Below are positions 25,326 through 38,515 of a DNA stretch of 64,000 nt, piece by piece. Each line of letters starts with the position of its first letter. Position 1 is the first letter of the stretch. The notes beneath the pieces were generated by a model, which saw only the letters and a program-made list of their open reading frames with translations, did no database searches and was not told the DNA's origin. Origin of the DNA: Octopus sinensis (Eukaryota); NCBI RefSeq assembly GCF_006345805.1, contig NC_043006.1, positions 99,262,001 through 99,326,000 of the forward strand, in the 5' to 3' direction. A program made the position numbers and the translations under genes.

Positions 25326-26059
25326 TGTTATCTACGTACCTTTTCTGCAGAACCTGCTATCATTTTTCCAAAGTTTTGAAACGATATATAATGTCTTATT
25401 TTAAAAACTTCGCAGCACACGATTGTTAGTTTGGGCCTACTTAGGCAGAGAAATAAACAGACTCTCAACTTGTTTGAACAGAGCCAGAGACGAACAGGAA
25501 GAAATGATACCATGAAAATAAATAATTACTGAGCTTATTTCGTGCAACAAAATTTAATAAGCCGTTGCTGCGGCATGGCCATTGTCGGGTGACTGAAGAG
25601 CTAAAAGAAAGGAATACACATTAATTTCTTTGTATGGATACACCAGCAATTGCGATCTTCAATATCAATTTAATATTATATATGACTGTTTATTGTTTGC
25701 AGTGTAGCAATTGTATTATATCAAACTATTTGTTATTGCTTCCCTATTACACTATATTCTAACGAATGCATGTTAAGACTATGATTTTCGTAGATTATCG
25801 GATTATGACAGTTCGAACGTTTGAATATACGAAGTTCGTTCGAAACGTTTCAGACAATATGTTTTCCTTCCAAAAGTAATGTCACGTGGCCAAACTCCTT
25901 TGGGTGGGAGACGACACCACTCATCATTTGCGCCAGTAGGCCTCAACTCCCGGATTTTATGCCTAGAGTACAGACGTGTAATGTACGTAAATAAGATTTT
26001 CGTTTGCACACAAGACGATCGAACACATGTAGCAGAGACCGCAAAATATGTCTCAACAA

Positions 26060-26622
26060 CAGTGGCGATGACCCTCATGAAATTTGGATTATGGTTTGTA
26101 CAATTAAACATGTTCTGAACGAATTTTGCGGACACTCTTCGCATACACAAAATCTCCGATAAAATGGAATCTACTGATCCTGTGCTTCTTCCCTCTTCGT
26201 TAGCAATTTCCTGGTTTCTTACATGACAGTCTTCGATGGCTATTCACCGAATTTTCTTAATCAGTTCCTAATTTAGGCTTGTAGACGGCCTGCCTGAGCG
26301 TGCTCCGCTCTCCACTTAGGTGCTCCTATGTTTGAAGCGGCTGTACAACTCCTTGATCTAAGTTTTGCTTATAATATCGCCAAAGTCCTATAGAATCATC
26401 TTGAGTATCACCAAGCTTTGGCAAAAGAAAATCGGTACAATCACTGTACTTCTGTACACGGAGTGCGAAGGTCGGCAACTTAGCCAACATACCGGTGCGA
26501 AAATTTCTGCGCATGCGCAAGAAGGGTACAGTCACCTCCCACTGAAAGAATCTTGTCCACGTGGTATTAGTTTTGACAAGCAAAAATTAACGTGGGATTA
26601 ATTTTCAATGCACTTTCAATGT
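26060..26622 (-). mobile_element. mariner transposase N-terminal remnant
   Basis: Degenerate frames give KLGDTQ... and LCMRRVSAKFV...NPNFM (mariner HTH/linker region). Confidence 0.6.
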
Positions 26623-26630
26623 ATGTCAGT

Positions 26631-26890
26631 GTGGAGGCGCGTGGCTTAGTCGTTAGAGTGTCAGCATCATGATCGTAAGATCGTGGCTCCGAATCCTAGA
26701 CCGGGCGACGAGTTGTGTTCTTGAGCAAAGCTCTTCATTTCACGTTACTCCAGTCCACTCAGCTGGCAAAAATGAGTAACGCTGAGATGGACTGGCGTCC
26801 CGTCCATCTGGGGAACACATACGCCATAGAAACCGGGAAACCGGGCCCGTGAGCCTGGCTAGGCTTTAAAAGGACGCATTTATTTTTTTA
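26631..26890 (+). mobile_element. SINE, head B (CORE-like) with tail Z
   Basis: A-box TGGCTTAGTCGTTAG and core GTGTTCTTGAGCAAAG...CCAGTCCACTCAGCTGGCAAAAATGAGTA. Confidence 0.8.
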
Positions 26891-26950
26891 TTTTCGTATG
26901 TCAGTAAGTAAGCTACTACGTGTATCTGTATATATAAGAATGTAAGAGAT

Positions 26951-27181
26951 GACAAAGGAATAAATGATTAAATGATTATCTGATAGACGTCATTAGCTTA
27001 CCGCTGTTTCCGTTACGCGATGTGGTGGAATCAGGGTCGAGTTCCTGATTTCAAACGTGTTAGATGCTCAGATGAAGCTATGAAGTATTAATCAGGAACC
27101 ACACTATGAGTCCAGTGCATCTTATAGCGAAAGTAGGTGTAAGCTAATTAAGCTCATAAGATAATCAGTTATTCCTTTGTC
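26951..27181. repeat. imperfect inverted repeat of a hammerhead-bearing pLTR-like sequence
   Basis: Ends GACAAAGGAATAA / TTATTCCTTTGTC. The right arm has a decayed CAGATGA-A-GCTATGA...TTATAGC-GAAA motif (27069-27132); the left arm carries GAAACAGCGGTA on the minus strand. Confidence 0.6.
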
Positions 27182-27302
27182 AATAGATTTTCTTCCTTAT
27201 TCCCGCTCTGTACTACAATAACGCTTTATTCAGATTCATACGTATGCTGGGTTCTGCGTCGCGTTATTAATATCACAATTCCTTAGCAAGGTGTGTGTGT
27301 GT

Positions 27303-27359
<57 letters not shown>

Positions 27360-27802
27360 TGTGTGTGTGTACAATGATAGTCACACCGTGTATTCTTTAT
27401 TCGGAAGACGCTTGATATCGTAGAATTGATTTGTCGATACTTCAATTTGTGAGTACAAAATCTTCGCACATACCATTATATAGCTCCAGAAGTGTTTGAA
27501 TAAGTGACGAATGTGCCTTCCTTCCATGTGTGTGTATGCAAGACGGTGTTGCTTATTTGCAGCCAGAATGAATAACATTTGTTTCATTGATAAAATAATC
27601 GGAAAATCACAAGAGTATGCTCTGAATATCAGCAGATAATCGAAAAGGAACAAAATATTTACAGGATGCATTTCTCAAGACACGCGAGATTATTCCGCTG
27701 TGTGATTTATTTCCAATATTTGGGAACGTAATTTTACTTAATTCTAACCCTAGATAAAAATTACAACCTATGCCAGTTAATATTATCAACTGTTGTTCCT
27801 CT

Positions 27803-27930
27803 GATGTCAACTTTGCCTTTCATTCTTTCGGGGTCGAAAAATTTAGTACCCGTTGCATACTGGGGTAGATCTAATCAACTGTCTTCCTCCCCCAAAATTT
27901 CACGATTTGTACTAAAGAAAGAATATTATC
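27803..27930 (+). mobile_element. 5'-truncated head C family SINE
   Basis: TTTGCCTTTCATTCTTTCGGGGTCGAAAAATTTAGTACC central domain. Confidence 0.65.
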
Positions 27931-27936
27931 AACTAT

Positions 27937-28306
27937 TACTCTTTTACTCTTTTACTTTTTTCAGTTATTTGACTGCGGACATGCTGGAGCACCGCCTTTA
28001 ATCGAGCAACTCGACCCCGGGACTTATTCTTTTGTAAGCCCAGTACTTATTCTATCGGTCTTTTTTGCCGAACCGCTAAGTAACGGGGACGTAAACACAC
28101 CAGCATCGGTCGTCAAGCAATGCTAGGGAGACAAACACAGACACACAAACACACACACATACATATACGACAGGCTTCTTTCAGTTTTCGTCTACCAAAT
28201 CCACTCACAAGGCATTGGTCGGCTCGAAGCTATAGTAGAAGACACTTGAACCTGGAACCATGTGGTTGGTTAGCAAGCTACTTACCACAGAGCCACTCCT
28301 GCGCCT
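27937..28306 (-). mobile_element. tRNA-headed SINE (family of 48272-48737) with a short internal deletion
   Basis: About 90% match by eye to 48272-48737; (AAAAGAGT)n-type tail. Confidence 0.85.
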
Positions 28307-29166
28307 ATATTGTATATCTTCTAGATATAAGTAAGCTATATCGGTGAAATACAAAATTACTGTTATTGATAAGGTTAAAATTACCAACAATATATTAAAT
28401 TAGCTCTATGGATTATAAAGTAAACAAGTGCTTCTGCTCTTGATAACCGGCACACAATATATAAATAGCGGTTTTCCTGTAGATAACAGACGCTGCTATA
28501 TCGAACTAATTTCGTTGGTGGTGTTGAAAGAATTGTTTGCATCAGCCCTGCAATCATACCATCGCTACTTGTTATTTGAGAATATAAAAATACATCAAGA
28601 TAAGTTTCAGGAAAAACAATCATGAACAGGAAGTAATATGAGTTTGCACTAAAAAAAAAAAAAAAAATCTAGTGATGTCAATTTTCCAAAGTTCGTCAAC
28701 GTAGATATCAAACAGAATAAAGTGGCTGCAAAATAATTCTTCCAATAAAATGTTAGTCTAAACTACGCCGGCAGTATATAAATGTTCAATGCAATGCTGT
28801 CTTCCAGCTAGGAATGCATTTGTAATTCAAGATAGATTATTAATATTTTAAAAAGCTTACTTCCTTGTGGACAGCTTATTTTAACGAGGCAATGTAGAGA
28901 AGATCCCAGAATACACCAAATCTACGTTCAATCGTGCGACTACATTTCATATATGGATGTAGTAAGAATAGTTACTTGTGGAGAACTTGATGAGGGTTAG
29001 GCAAAATTATATGCGCGTGACAAAGAGAAAGTGGAAGTAAGAGCGAATGTGGTTTACAAGAAATATGGCAAACTGTAAGGAAGAAGAACCAATCACGTTG
29101 AATGAATAGGCAGAATATGTGTGTGTGTGTGTGTGTGTGCGTGAAAGCCTGTGTGTATATACTATA

Positions 29167-29552
29167 CTAGCAGTATCGCCCGGCGTTGCTCGGGTTTGTA
29201 AGGGAAATAACTATATAAGCATTTTTAGAGATGTAAAGTATAATAGCCATCTCATTATGGCTAACCACAAGGGGGGGTACTGTAGCTCTTTACGTTCTGA
29301 GATTTAATAATACATTTTTAGAGAGTTACTTCCCTTATATATGCCAAAAATGCATTAAAAATGGGAAAAATTGATGGTAATTTTTTTTAAAATCGTAGAC
29401 TCATCGTAGACGCGCGCTAATACCCAGAAGGGCTCGATATGAATCACGACTATAAGATACCGGTTTTGGTTAAACTGCACCGCAAAATGTGGGAGTAGTT
29501 AGGAATCTAAATCGTAGGAGACAGACCGCACACAACCTCACTTTTATATATA
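29167..29552 (-). mobile_element. non-autonomous Helitron
   Basis: Minus-strand 3' end has hairpin CCCG-AGCAACGC-CGGG followed by CTAG|T. Homologous to 41972-42364. The 5' TC end is obscured by (TA)n. Confidence 0.75.
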
Positions 29553-30904
29553 CTATATATATATATATATATATGTATATATTAGTGTGTGTCTGCGTGT
29601 ACGTGTGCGTGCGTGCGTGCGTGTGTGTGTAGTATATGAGGAGTTTAGTTCAATTGTGATCTAAATTAATAGGTTGGCTGAGTAAGTGCTATAGTTGGTC
29701 GACCATTAGGTTCCAAGATAACAGCTAATGATGGATCAAGGAATTCGTGGTACGATTTCGGTATTGCAGGTGTATACTATATTAGAGGAAAAACCAAAAC
29801 CGAGGGAGACTGTGTATGTCACCTCATTTAGAACAATTTAATTAGGGTGAGATTAATTGAAGTCACGCAGCGGTTTCTGAGATAAGCCAAGGGGTAGGTT
29901 AGCATATCCCCGCACAGGGAATTCCGTCATCATAGACAAGGTATGATTATTTTAGACAGTGAAAAGTTACAACACCCCAAGCACTAGGCCATGCGCCCTC
30001 ATAATATATATATATGTGTGTGTGTGTGTGTATGTGTGAATGCCTGTGTACTCACATGTGAATGCACATACACATCATACATCGCAGTCTTATAATCTAT
30101 TTCAAGGTTTTCCTCATTCTATTCTACAGTGTGTCTTCGACGTGGACCGCAGGACAAGTATTGTCAAAACTTTCCATTAGCTTAACAGAAAAGCGAGAAT
30201 AATGTGTCTCTATTTCCTCTAGATATAATCATTAACTGGTCTTTATATCATGTCACGGTTTATCTTCAATAAAAATCAATTTAGCACGTACTTTTAAGAT
30301 TTAAAGCGTTACATTCCACATACTTGGCTACCAAGATGCCATGCTTTTCTTTACATTAGCTTTTGAAATCCAGATAATAAGGACGAAATTCAGGCTTTAT
30401 CGATATTGGCACCGCCGTCCCACTGCCTTTGTGTCGATGTAAAATAGTTAGTTAGCACAGCCACATACATCGTTCTTATTTACAATCAGATAGATGCATT
30501 GATTTCTTATTTAATTCAACTCTATTGTCAATGTTGATTTGAGATTAATGATATAGTTCTAATATGGAGGAGTCCGTTAGTATTTTATTCAATATTCTAC
30601 GTAGCTAGTTTCTAAAGCTGTAATATGTGCATAGCAGTAGAAGAAATCTGAGATTAAGCTAAATAGTATATTGAAAGCTACCATCCGTTTACATAAGGTA
30701 TATGTGTGTGAACATACGTTTGTATGTAGGCGTATGTCTGTACAACAACACGCACACGCACATACACACACACATGTATGTCTGTATTTATGTATACATA
30801 AAAAGAGAAAGTTCTGTAGATATGTATATAAATAAATATATACACACGTATATGTATGTATGCGTATATTGTCAGGGAAAAGGACGAGGATTTAGTGTTT
30901 CTAC

Positions 30905-33340
30905 CTAAATAAACGAGTCAGATAATTTCTAATTTTTTATCTGGTTTTTAACTTCCTTTGCGTTTTTGGTTTCGCGGTTTTGCTGTGACTCTGGCAGCTT
31001 TTGAAAAAGTTTCTTTACTTTTACCTCCACGTCCAAACTAGCTAACTCCACACATTCATCCACTGATATTTACCTCCTTCCATCTTACATTCTATATAGG
31101 CCACTCCTGCCCTTGGATGAAGTCTTCTATCTATATTGAATTCGTTTCTAGTTCTCCTGGCTAGCTTTGCTAATTCAGTTTCTGTCTAATCTGTAAAAGC
31201 TGCTGAGCATCTAAGTAAGGATACTGCCCAAGTATTTGCAGACTTCTCTAGATTCGGGCCATTTAACTTTGACTTAAAGAGCTCCCTCAACCTACGGATT
31301 TACTCCTCAATTTTCGCTTTCATTTCTACAGATAGTAATTTGTCAGATTCTTATATTACTAGATAGTGATAACACTCTCCACCTGTCAATGATTTTAATG
31401 TCTGGCCAACTGGTAATTGGATGCCTTCGCTATTGACTAACTATCCCCTTCCCGTGACTATTATTGCACATTTATCTATGCCAAATTCCATGCTTGTATT
31501 TTGATGAAGAGTCTTAGAGTCTGTATTAAGGAATCTGTCTCTTTCATTCTTATAAAAAGCTTTAGAGCATCTATGTAAAGCAATTGGTTAATTTTTCCCT
31601 TACAATTTCTGAACTAATATCCTGCCTTTGCCTTCCTTAATACTAAATTGAGTGGGATCAAACATAAGACAACTGTTAAAGGGGACTACAAGTGCTTCTG
31701 GGAATTTTTTTTTTAATATATTAACTTACCCTAAGAGAGTGTTACCGGAGTAGACATATACCTTCCAATCCTTCATGATATAGCTATCTCTTATGTTGTC
31801 TGCTATACTGAGTATACTCAAGCATTCATTTATCCATGAGTATGGCATTATATCATATGCTTTGATATAATCTGCCCATCTAGTGTTAGATTCCTCTTTC
31901 TAGCTTTAACTTCATTTAGAACTGCTTTGTCTATATATAACATATCATGCGTTCTTCTAGCTTTTTTCCTGCAACCTTTCTTGTTTTCTGGTAGTAAATT
32001 CTGGTTGTTGAGGTGCTTACAAATGCTTTCTAAAAGCATTCTTGTTAACAACTTCTACACTCATGGGTAAGTAAGTAGTTGGTCTATAGTTGCAAGCGAT
32101 ACTGCCCTTGCCCTTATCCTACATAATGTACTCCCTCTAGTTATCCAATCTCAGTAGAGATCAGTTTCTGTTGATACTGATCTATTTTCCTCTGAGTTCT
32201 GGAGACCTTACCTGCTACTGCTACAAAATACTGTTTCAACTCTTCTATTACAATCCCACATTTTTCTCTTTGACGAAGTATATTTTCTGGAAGGCATATT
32301 TGCATTCTGTGTTTCCTAACGTGTTGATTTCCAAGCTTCTATTCTATTCAAATCTTGCCTTAAAGTCTTCACTTTATTTTCTAGTCTCCTTTTCCACGTT
32401 TCTTCTTTCTTAATCTTTCCCTATGTGATATTTTTCTTCTCGTGATTACTACCCCTGCTGCATAGATCAATAAGTTAGTGACTCCTATATTTTTAGTATC
32501 TTCTACTGATAACAGAATCTACTTTCCGAGTCATTTCTAGAAGATTCCTGTTGTTGGTGCCTCTTAATGCTGGCATTCTTTTTCTTACTTCTTTCCTTAT
32601 TACTTCCTGCAACTCATCTAGAATTTTCTGATCTTCCTCTATTAAATCACTTAAGTTACTGGTGTCAGTTGCTCTTTCTTTATTGGCAGCGCTATTATTA
32701 TTTTCTCTGTTATGTACTTCTTTGGTTTGAGCTGTATCTGTCATGTTGTTGTTTGTCTTTCCCACTGTCTGGTCTTTCTTTTTCAATTCGCTACTTTCAG
32801 TTTTGTCTACCTCCAATTCTGTCATCTACTTTCTTCTCCTAATAGCATTAGTTTGATCACCTGCATTACTGTCCGCTGTTTTCTTCGCTGGTCCACTACA
32901 TTCTCCTTACTCTAATATGTGCTGATGCTGTCTTAGGATAACAACTGTGGTCAGTCTGCATCTTTACTAAACCACTGCCGAGGGAATGGAGTTTCGTTAA
33001 AGTCCAACTTCCTTTTCGCTGTTACAACCAGAGGTTCTTCAGAAACTCCTTGTCTCTCATAAACTGAGTTAAGGTAACGTTCCTAATCCTCATCATCACC
33101 AGCTACATTTCGGCGTCTGAAACTTTCAAGCAACTTTCTTTCGCATCATTTGTTGGACCTTTGTGCTAGTGGGGGAGTGTCTGCTGCATTTCTTGGAGGT
33201 GGGGATATAGTATTGTATCAGTAGGTTTTGTTACGGAGATTTATTTAACTCTTCTGCAGTATTAGTTTTTATATTGTGTTTTTTGTGCAGCACAGGTCAT
33301 ATTCTTTTGTTGTGTTACTGCCTACTTTGTCCATTTCGTT
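30905..33340 (-). mobile_element. R4/Dong-type (RLE) LINE, decayed N-terminal and RT region
   Basis: LPENKKGCRKKARRTHDMLYIDKAVL, DYKKAYDMIPHSWI, KINQLLYIDALKL and RLRELFKSKLNGPNL...NTWAV match the R4/Dong RT pattern; many stops. Confidence 0.8.
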
Positions 33341-33394
33341 CGGTATTTAGAATATGAGTTTAATCTTGTGTCATTTGGAAGAGGTATTGCATAG

Positions 33395-33448
<54 letters not shown>

Positions 33449-33554
33449 GTGAAACACCTAATTCAACTATTTCATAGTATTTGTGATTATCCGTCCGCCG
33501 TTCTTTCTCTGCTAGTTGCTTGCGTTATCGGTTCGTTAATTAGAAGCATATTAT

Positions 33555-33945
33555 CATTTTCATTATCCTCTTCCTTCAATTGTTTCATTTTCTTGCCGAA
33601 TGACCTCCAGACACCTAGTGCAGAGAAAGGCACTGTATATATCTGTAGGCCGTTGAAACAAACACACCAGGTTGTTTATTTACAAAATCAACAGGAAAAA
33701 GTGATATAAAAGTAAGCAAAGAAAATAGAGAGCAAAAATGGAAAATTCACAAAGACGATGCTCTTCTCAAGACGTGTGACGTACCAGTTAAGACAATTTT
33801 TTGCACTTTTGCATGGATGGTAATCTGGGGATCATTCTTAAGTAATATTCAGTTCCTATGTAGATCATCTCAAGTGCTCGTACAATCATTGGCATTGTAA
33901 CCGTTTTGAGATGCCATCTTTGCTCCTACTACTGTACGGTTTTCT
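33555..33945 (-). mobile_element. R4/Dong-type LINE 3' end
   Basis: RLE C-terminus (WHLKTVTMPMIVRALEMI...) and a 3' UTR homologous to 34770-34970 and 56290-56550. Confidence 0.65.
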
Positions 33946-34044
33946 TAAATGTTGCTTAGTTCCGACTTTTGTTTTGTACTTGAGAAAATGATAAATATGT
34001 GAGGTTTGGAGGAAATAGTTGGAGAAAGAGAAGCAGCTTGGTGA

Positions 34045-34054
34045 ATTATTAATG

Positions 34055-34131
<77 letters not shown>

Positions 34132-34628
34132 ATTATTATTATCATTATTATTCTGTAGTTTTATTTTTATAGCGTGCTTTCACTTCACTACCGAGCGCAG
34201 CTCTGTGTGCCTTGGGTATGTGCTGTGATTTGTTGTGATGCTCTGATGGTTATTGTATGGAAAGTGTTCTGCGGAGGATGTGTGCAGTGTCTAGTAGTGC
34301 AATTTTCTGTATGTTATGTATGTTTGTAAGTCCTATTGTTTTTGTTATGTATTTGTCTGAATATTTTTTATCATGCCTAATTCACCTACTATGATATGAA
34401 TTGTTTCTGTTTTTAGATTCCACATTCTGGTTACCTCTATTTCCAGGTGTTTGTATTTTGAAAGTTTCTCCATTTCTTATTGAGACACGTTGTCATCTGC
34501 TGGTATTGATACATCAATTAGAAAGCATATTTTTTCTTCATGATCTCTGACAACTATATCTGGTCTGTTGGCCTTAATTTCTCTATCTGTGTGTATCGGC
34601 ATATCCCAGAGTATGGTTGCTTTCTCGT
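34045..34628 (-). mobile_element. R4/Dong-type LINE 3' fragment between (TAA)n tracts
   Basis: PEKITENEKATILWDMPIHTDREIKANRPDIVV...LIDVSIP is the PD-(D/E)xK RLE motif; (TAA)n on both sides. Confidence 0.85.
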
Positions 34629-34646
34629 TTTCTGTGATCTTTTCTG

Positions 34647-34718
<72 letters not shown>

Positions 34719-34732
34719 TTATTATTATTTTT

Positions 34733-34764
<32 letters not shown>

Positions 34765-36060
34765 TATTTTCATTATCATTTTCTTTCAATTCCGTTTCCA
34801 ATTCTGGCCGAGTGTCTTCTCCTACACCGAGGGCAGAGAAGCGCAATTCATATATTGGTAAACTAAAATAAACACATAAAACCATGTGTAAGAGAAAAAG
34901 CGGAAGAAAGACAGAGAGAAAAGGGGAAAAAGTGACCAAATAAAATTAGAAGAAAAGCAAGAAAATTCACATCCACAATACTCTTCTCAGTACGTGACAC
35001 GTACCAGTTAAAACAGCCTGCTGCATTTCGTGCATGGATCGCAAGCCAGGGATCATTCGTAAATAATTTGCAATTCCTTTTTTTGTTATTATTCCATGTG
35101 CTCCTAACATCACTGGTATTGTAACCACCTTTGAATGCCACATCTTTTCAATTTCGATCAGCAACTCTTCATATTTTCTGAGCTTATCGAATTCTTTTGC
35201 TGAAAAATATTATGGCCACAGGGTATGGTCAGATCAATCAATACACTGACTTTTGGACTTTTACAACAACATCGATTATTTGCCTTGATGGTCCGGTCTG
35301 TACATACTAGAAAGTCACAAAGAACTGTCACATTTTCTCCCTCAGTTTTAAACTCAGGGTGCCGTTTCTACCATTTGTCAGTAGGTTTGATTTTATAATG
35401 CCAACACATTATCCAATGTAGACATTGGCCAACTCTGTCATGTCTTAATTTGTATTCTACAGATGCTAAAACAGAGATTAGGTTTCAATCACTTTGTTGC
35501 AATATTGGTACTTTGGGTCTACACCATTTTTTCTCACACTGGCTTGATAGTTTCCGGTCAATAAGCTCTCAATACTCTCTCATTCCTGACTGTCACTAGC
35601 AATGTTTCCTTACTTTGGACTAGGTATCTCATTAAGCTCTCGACTTTGATACGCATGGAATGTGACACACCCATCAGTATCATTCCCCCATTTACGCTCT
35701 TCATGTATAAGCAATGGGCGTCTGCAGGTGGATGATAGAGTCGATACATCTTTATGAGCTTCCTTCACTTCCTATCCATCACCTTTAGCTCCTCCTCTGT
35801 CGATTTCAGGATTCGAGCGCCTTACCGAACTACTACGATTACGTGCGAGTCTATTGCCGAAATAATATTTCTGACATTCAGCTTTGAAGGCAATGTTGTC
35901 CTCACTCACCCCAGCTACTCTCTTTTGGCCTTTTCCTTCAGGTGATGTTGCTTGATTCTCTCTGCCTTAAGTATTCCAAGGAATTATAGGTGGATTGTGG
36001 TGAAATTTGCACTCATCTTTTCACTACTTGACAACTATAATGATGGTTCACCACTTCATT
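34629..36060 (-). mobile_element. R4/Dong-type LINE 3' portion with (TGA)n/(TAA)n tail
   Basis: HPPADAHCLYMKSVNGG and [23 protein letters not shown]...VLTGTCHVLRRVL. Confidence 0.8.
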
Positions 36061-37824
36061 GACATATCAAAGTAAATGTAATAAACGAAAAATTTCTGAA
36101 GTACACTGCAGTTGAATATAATATTGGATGTGCAGTGCTTCGACCAGCAGTCTGGTTGCTAGAGAACATTATATCGTCGAAAACAATATATAATAGTTTC
36201 GAAATATGCATGTAGTTTAGTATGTCACGCCATTAATCGCGAGAAGTTGTTCCTGACTAAAAACTGACAAAACTGAGGATACTTTTTAAGAAATATTCTA
36301 GATATTGCTATAGAGTGATATGTACATATTTTTAGTGCACAATCTTTGTTAATATTGAATATCATATATAACACATTCTTCTCTAAGAAGAAATAAATAG
36401 GTATTTCAAAAAGACTGTATAAACAGAATGATAGTAGTAACAATAAAAAAATCTACTGTATCTTACACGTTTTTAAAATGCGACGCATACAAAATATATC
36501 ATTTTAAGTGTTTGAATCACAAAGCAATACACGGCATAATATTTGTATACCAGACAGACATAAATAATTAAAACATTGCCCTTGAGAAACAAATAAAATG
36601 AATCCGATGACACCAGAGGCACCCTAGAGAAAAACAGTAAATACAAAACAACGGACGATGTTGTATTTGAATATATGAAATAAATATGAATTAATTCTGA
36701 AAAAATATAACAAAAGGAAATAGAAAATCCAAATAAGAAATTGTCCAATACTTATGGGAAAATCTATATTATCAGCCGGTAATGTCAATGACAGTACATA
36801 TGTGTATCGCAGTTATGTATAAGAAGGTCTGGCGATTAACATTTACGCATTCTCCCAGCAAAATTATATTATAATACTGTTAAAATGGTCATTTAAATTA
36901 TCGATATGGATATTCATCAATTTCCTGCGCCCAAAACACGTCATGATGGGAATATGTTAAACGTTATATTTTTTTATAGGGGCGATGTCTCCGGAGGTTT
37001 TGCTTCAGTGAAAATGAAATGCATGCACTTTCTGAATTTCTTTCGAGGCTCTGAGCAGGAAATTTTACCAGCAAGTGGACTAACTATGAACTAATGCATG
37101 TTAAACTTCGAGAAACTTATTACGAGATGTATGACTCTGTTCTGCGGTATACTACAATCTCAGGAATAAATTCAACAACCATCAAATAAAATATTTGCGT
37201 GTTGACTTGGGGAAAATATATTTGAAAACGAAATTAATTATAAAATATTAATACTGAATTACTGTTGCCATTACAACCACACGCATAGTGAAATATTCAA
37301 CTCATTTGATCATTTGAATAGAGAGATGTGGACACGATAAGAATATGAAAGAAATAGATGACGGGATGCAAAGTCACCACGTACAAGTGAAATATAAAAC
37401 GATTTCAAACACCCAGTACGCTAGTAGGAGGTAGTTCTCTGAAGTGGAAGTTGCTGTTTAGCCTCCCATATATTCTCACCTACTGTAGTATAAAACGAAG
37501 GGCACATTATTATACAAACCGACAAAAGGCAATAAAAGAAGCAAGAAAGTATCTTGCGATTCATGGCGAAATATTCAGCACTTAAATATGTTCTTACGTA
37601 TACAAGGTCAATTTTGCAAATTATGAACTTACAGTATGAGTAAGTTTGGTACCAATGGAATACGTGTGGCAAATAATAACAATATATTTTCATTACACTA
37701 CACGCACTAAATTTAATACAAATTTGACTTAAAGATCAACGGACTTTAATAAAGGTACCTTTGTCTCTTGTGGTCTGATTACTCCTTAGATAGAATATAT
37801 GGTGTGCTCATTCAAGTTTGGCAT

Positions 37825-37879
<55 letters not shown>

Positions 37880-38149
37880 GTTGCTGCTGATGCTGCTTCT
37901 CTTGCTGCTGCTTCAACTGTCACTCCTACAATCTAGGTGGTAATGATATTAATTTTTAAGATTTAGGAGTATGACCATGAAATTTATGCGAAAGAGTAAG
38001 TCTTGAGACACAGAACGCAAACGGATGAAGGATAAAGTTGACCTTGGCAGGATATGAGCACAGAGCGCAAGGAGTGTGAATAGATCCGGCTAAGCCACCT
38101 TTATACTTATACTACTACTACTATTAATAATACTAATTTCAACGCACCA

Positions 38150-38515
38150 TGCGTGTTTGACTCCAAGATTGAAAGGAAATAGGATGAGAAAATTTCAATC
38201 CATTAAAATACGAAATATGAAGAATTTGGAGGATGAAAATTATAAAAGTCGTGCCCCAAAAAATTTGGTGCGAGGGGAACAAAAAGTAATGTTATAGACA
38301 AATGGCTGAAAGAGATTGGAATAGAACGCTCAGTAGAGCTCCTACATGGCGCTTATCGCTTAGGGACAGCAGGTGTTATCAGGAGGGTTCTATGCACTTG
38401 AATCACTGCTGAAAAATTGTAGATATCTAAGCTTACGCGCTACCCACACACACATCCTAGCAGGAATAAGACCGGACCTGAGTGAAAAAAAAATGATGAT
38501 GATGATGATGAGGAT
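38150..38515 (+). mobile_element. R4/Dong-type LINE 3' end, different subfamily
   Basis: Degenerate IWRMKIIKVVP...KWLKEIG...LGTAGVIRRVL followed by a (TGA)n tail. Confidence 0.65.

Noticed and set aside
37398-37592. Start-less frame resembling a GPCR TM5/ICL3 segment (FSLPYILTYCSIKRR...KEARKYLAI)
   Set aside because: Bounded by stops with no other transmembrane segments nearby; the resemblance is too weak.
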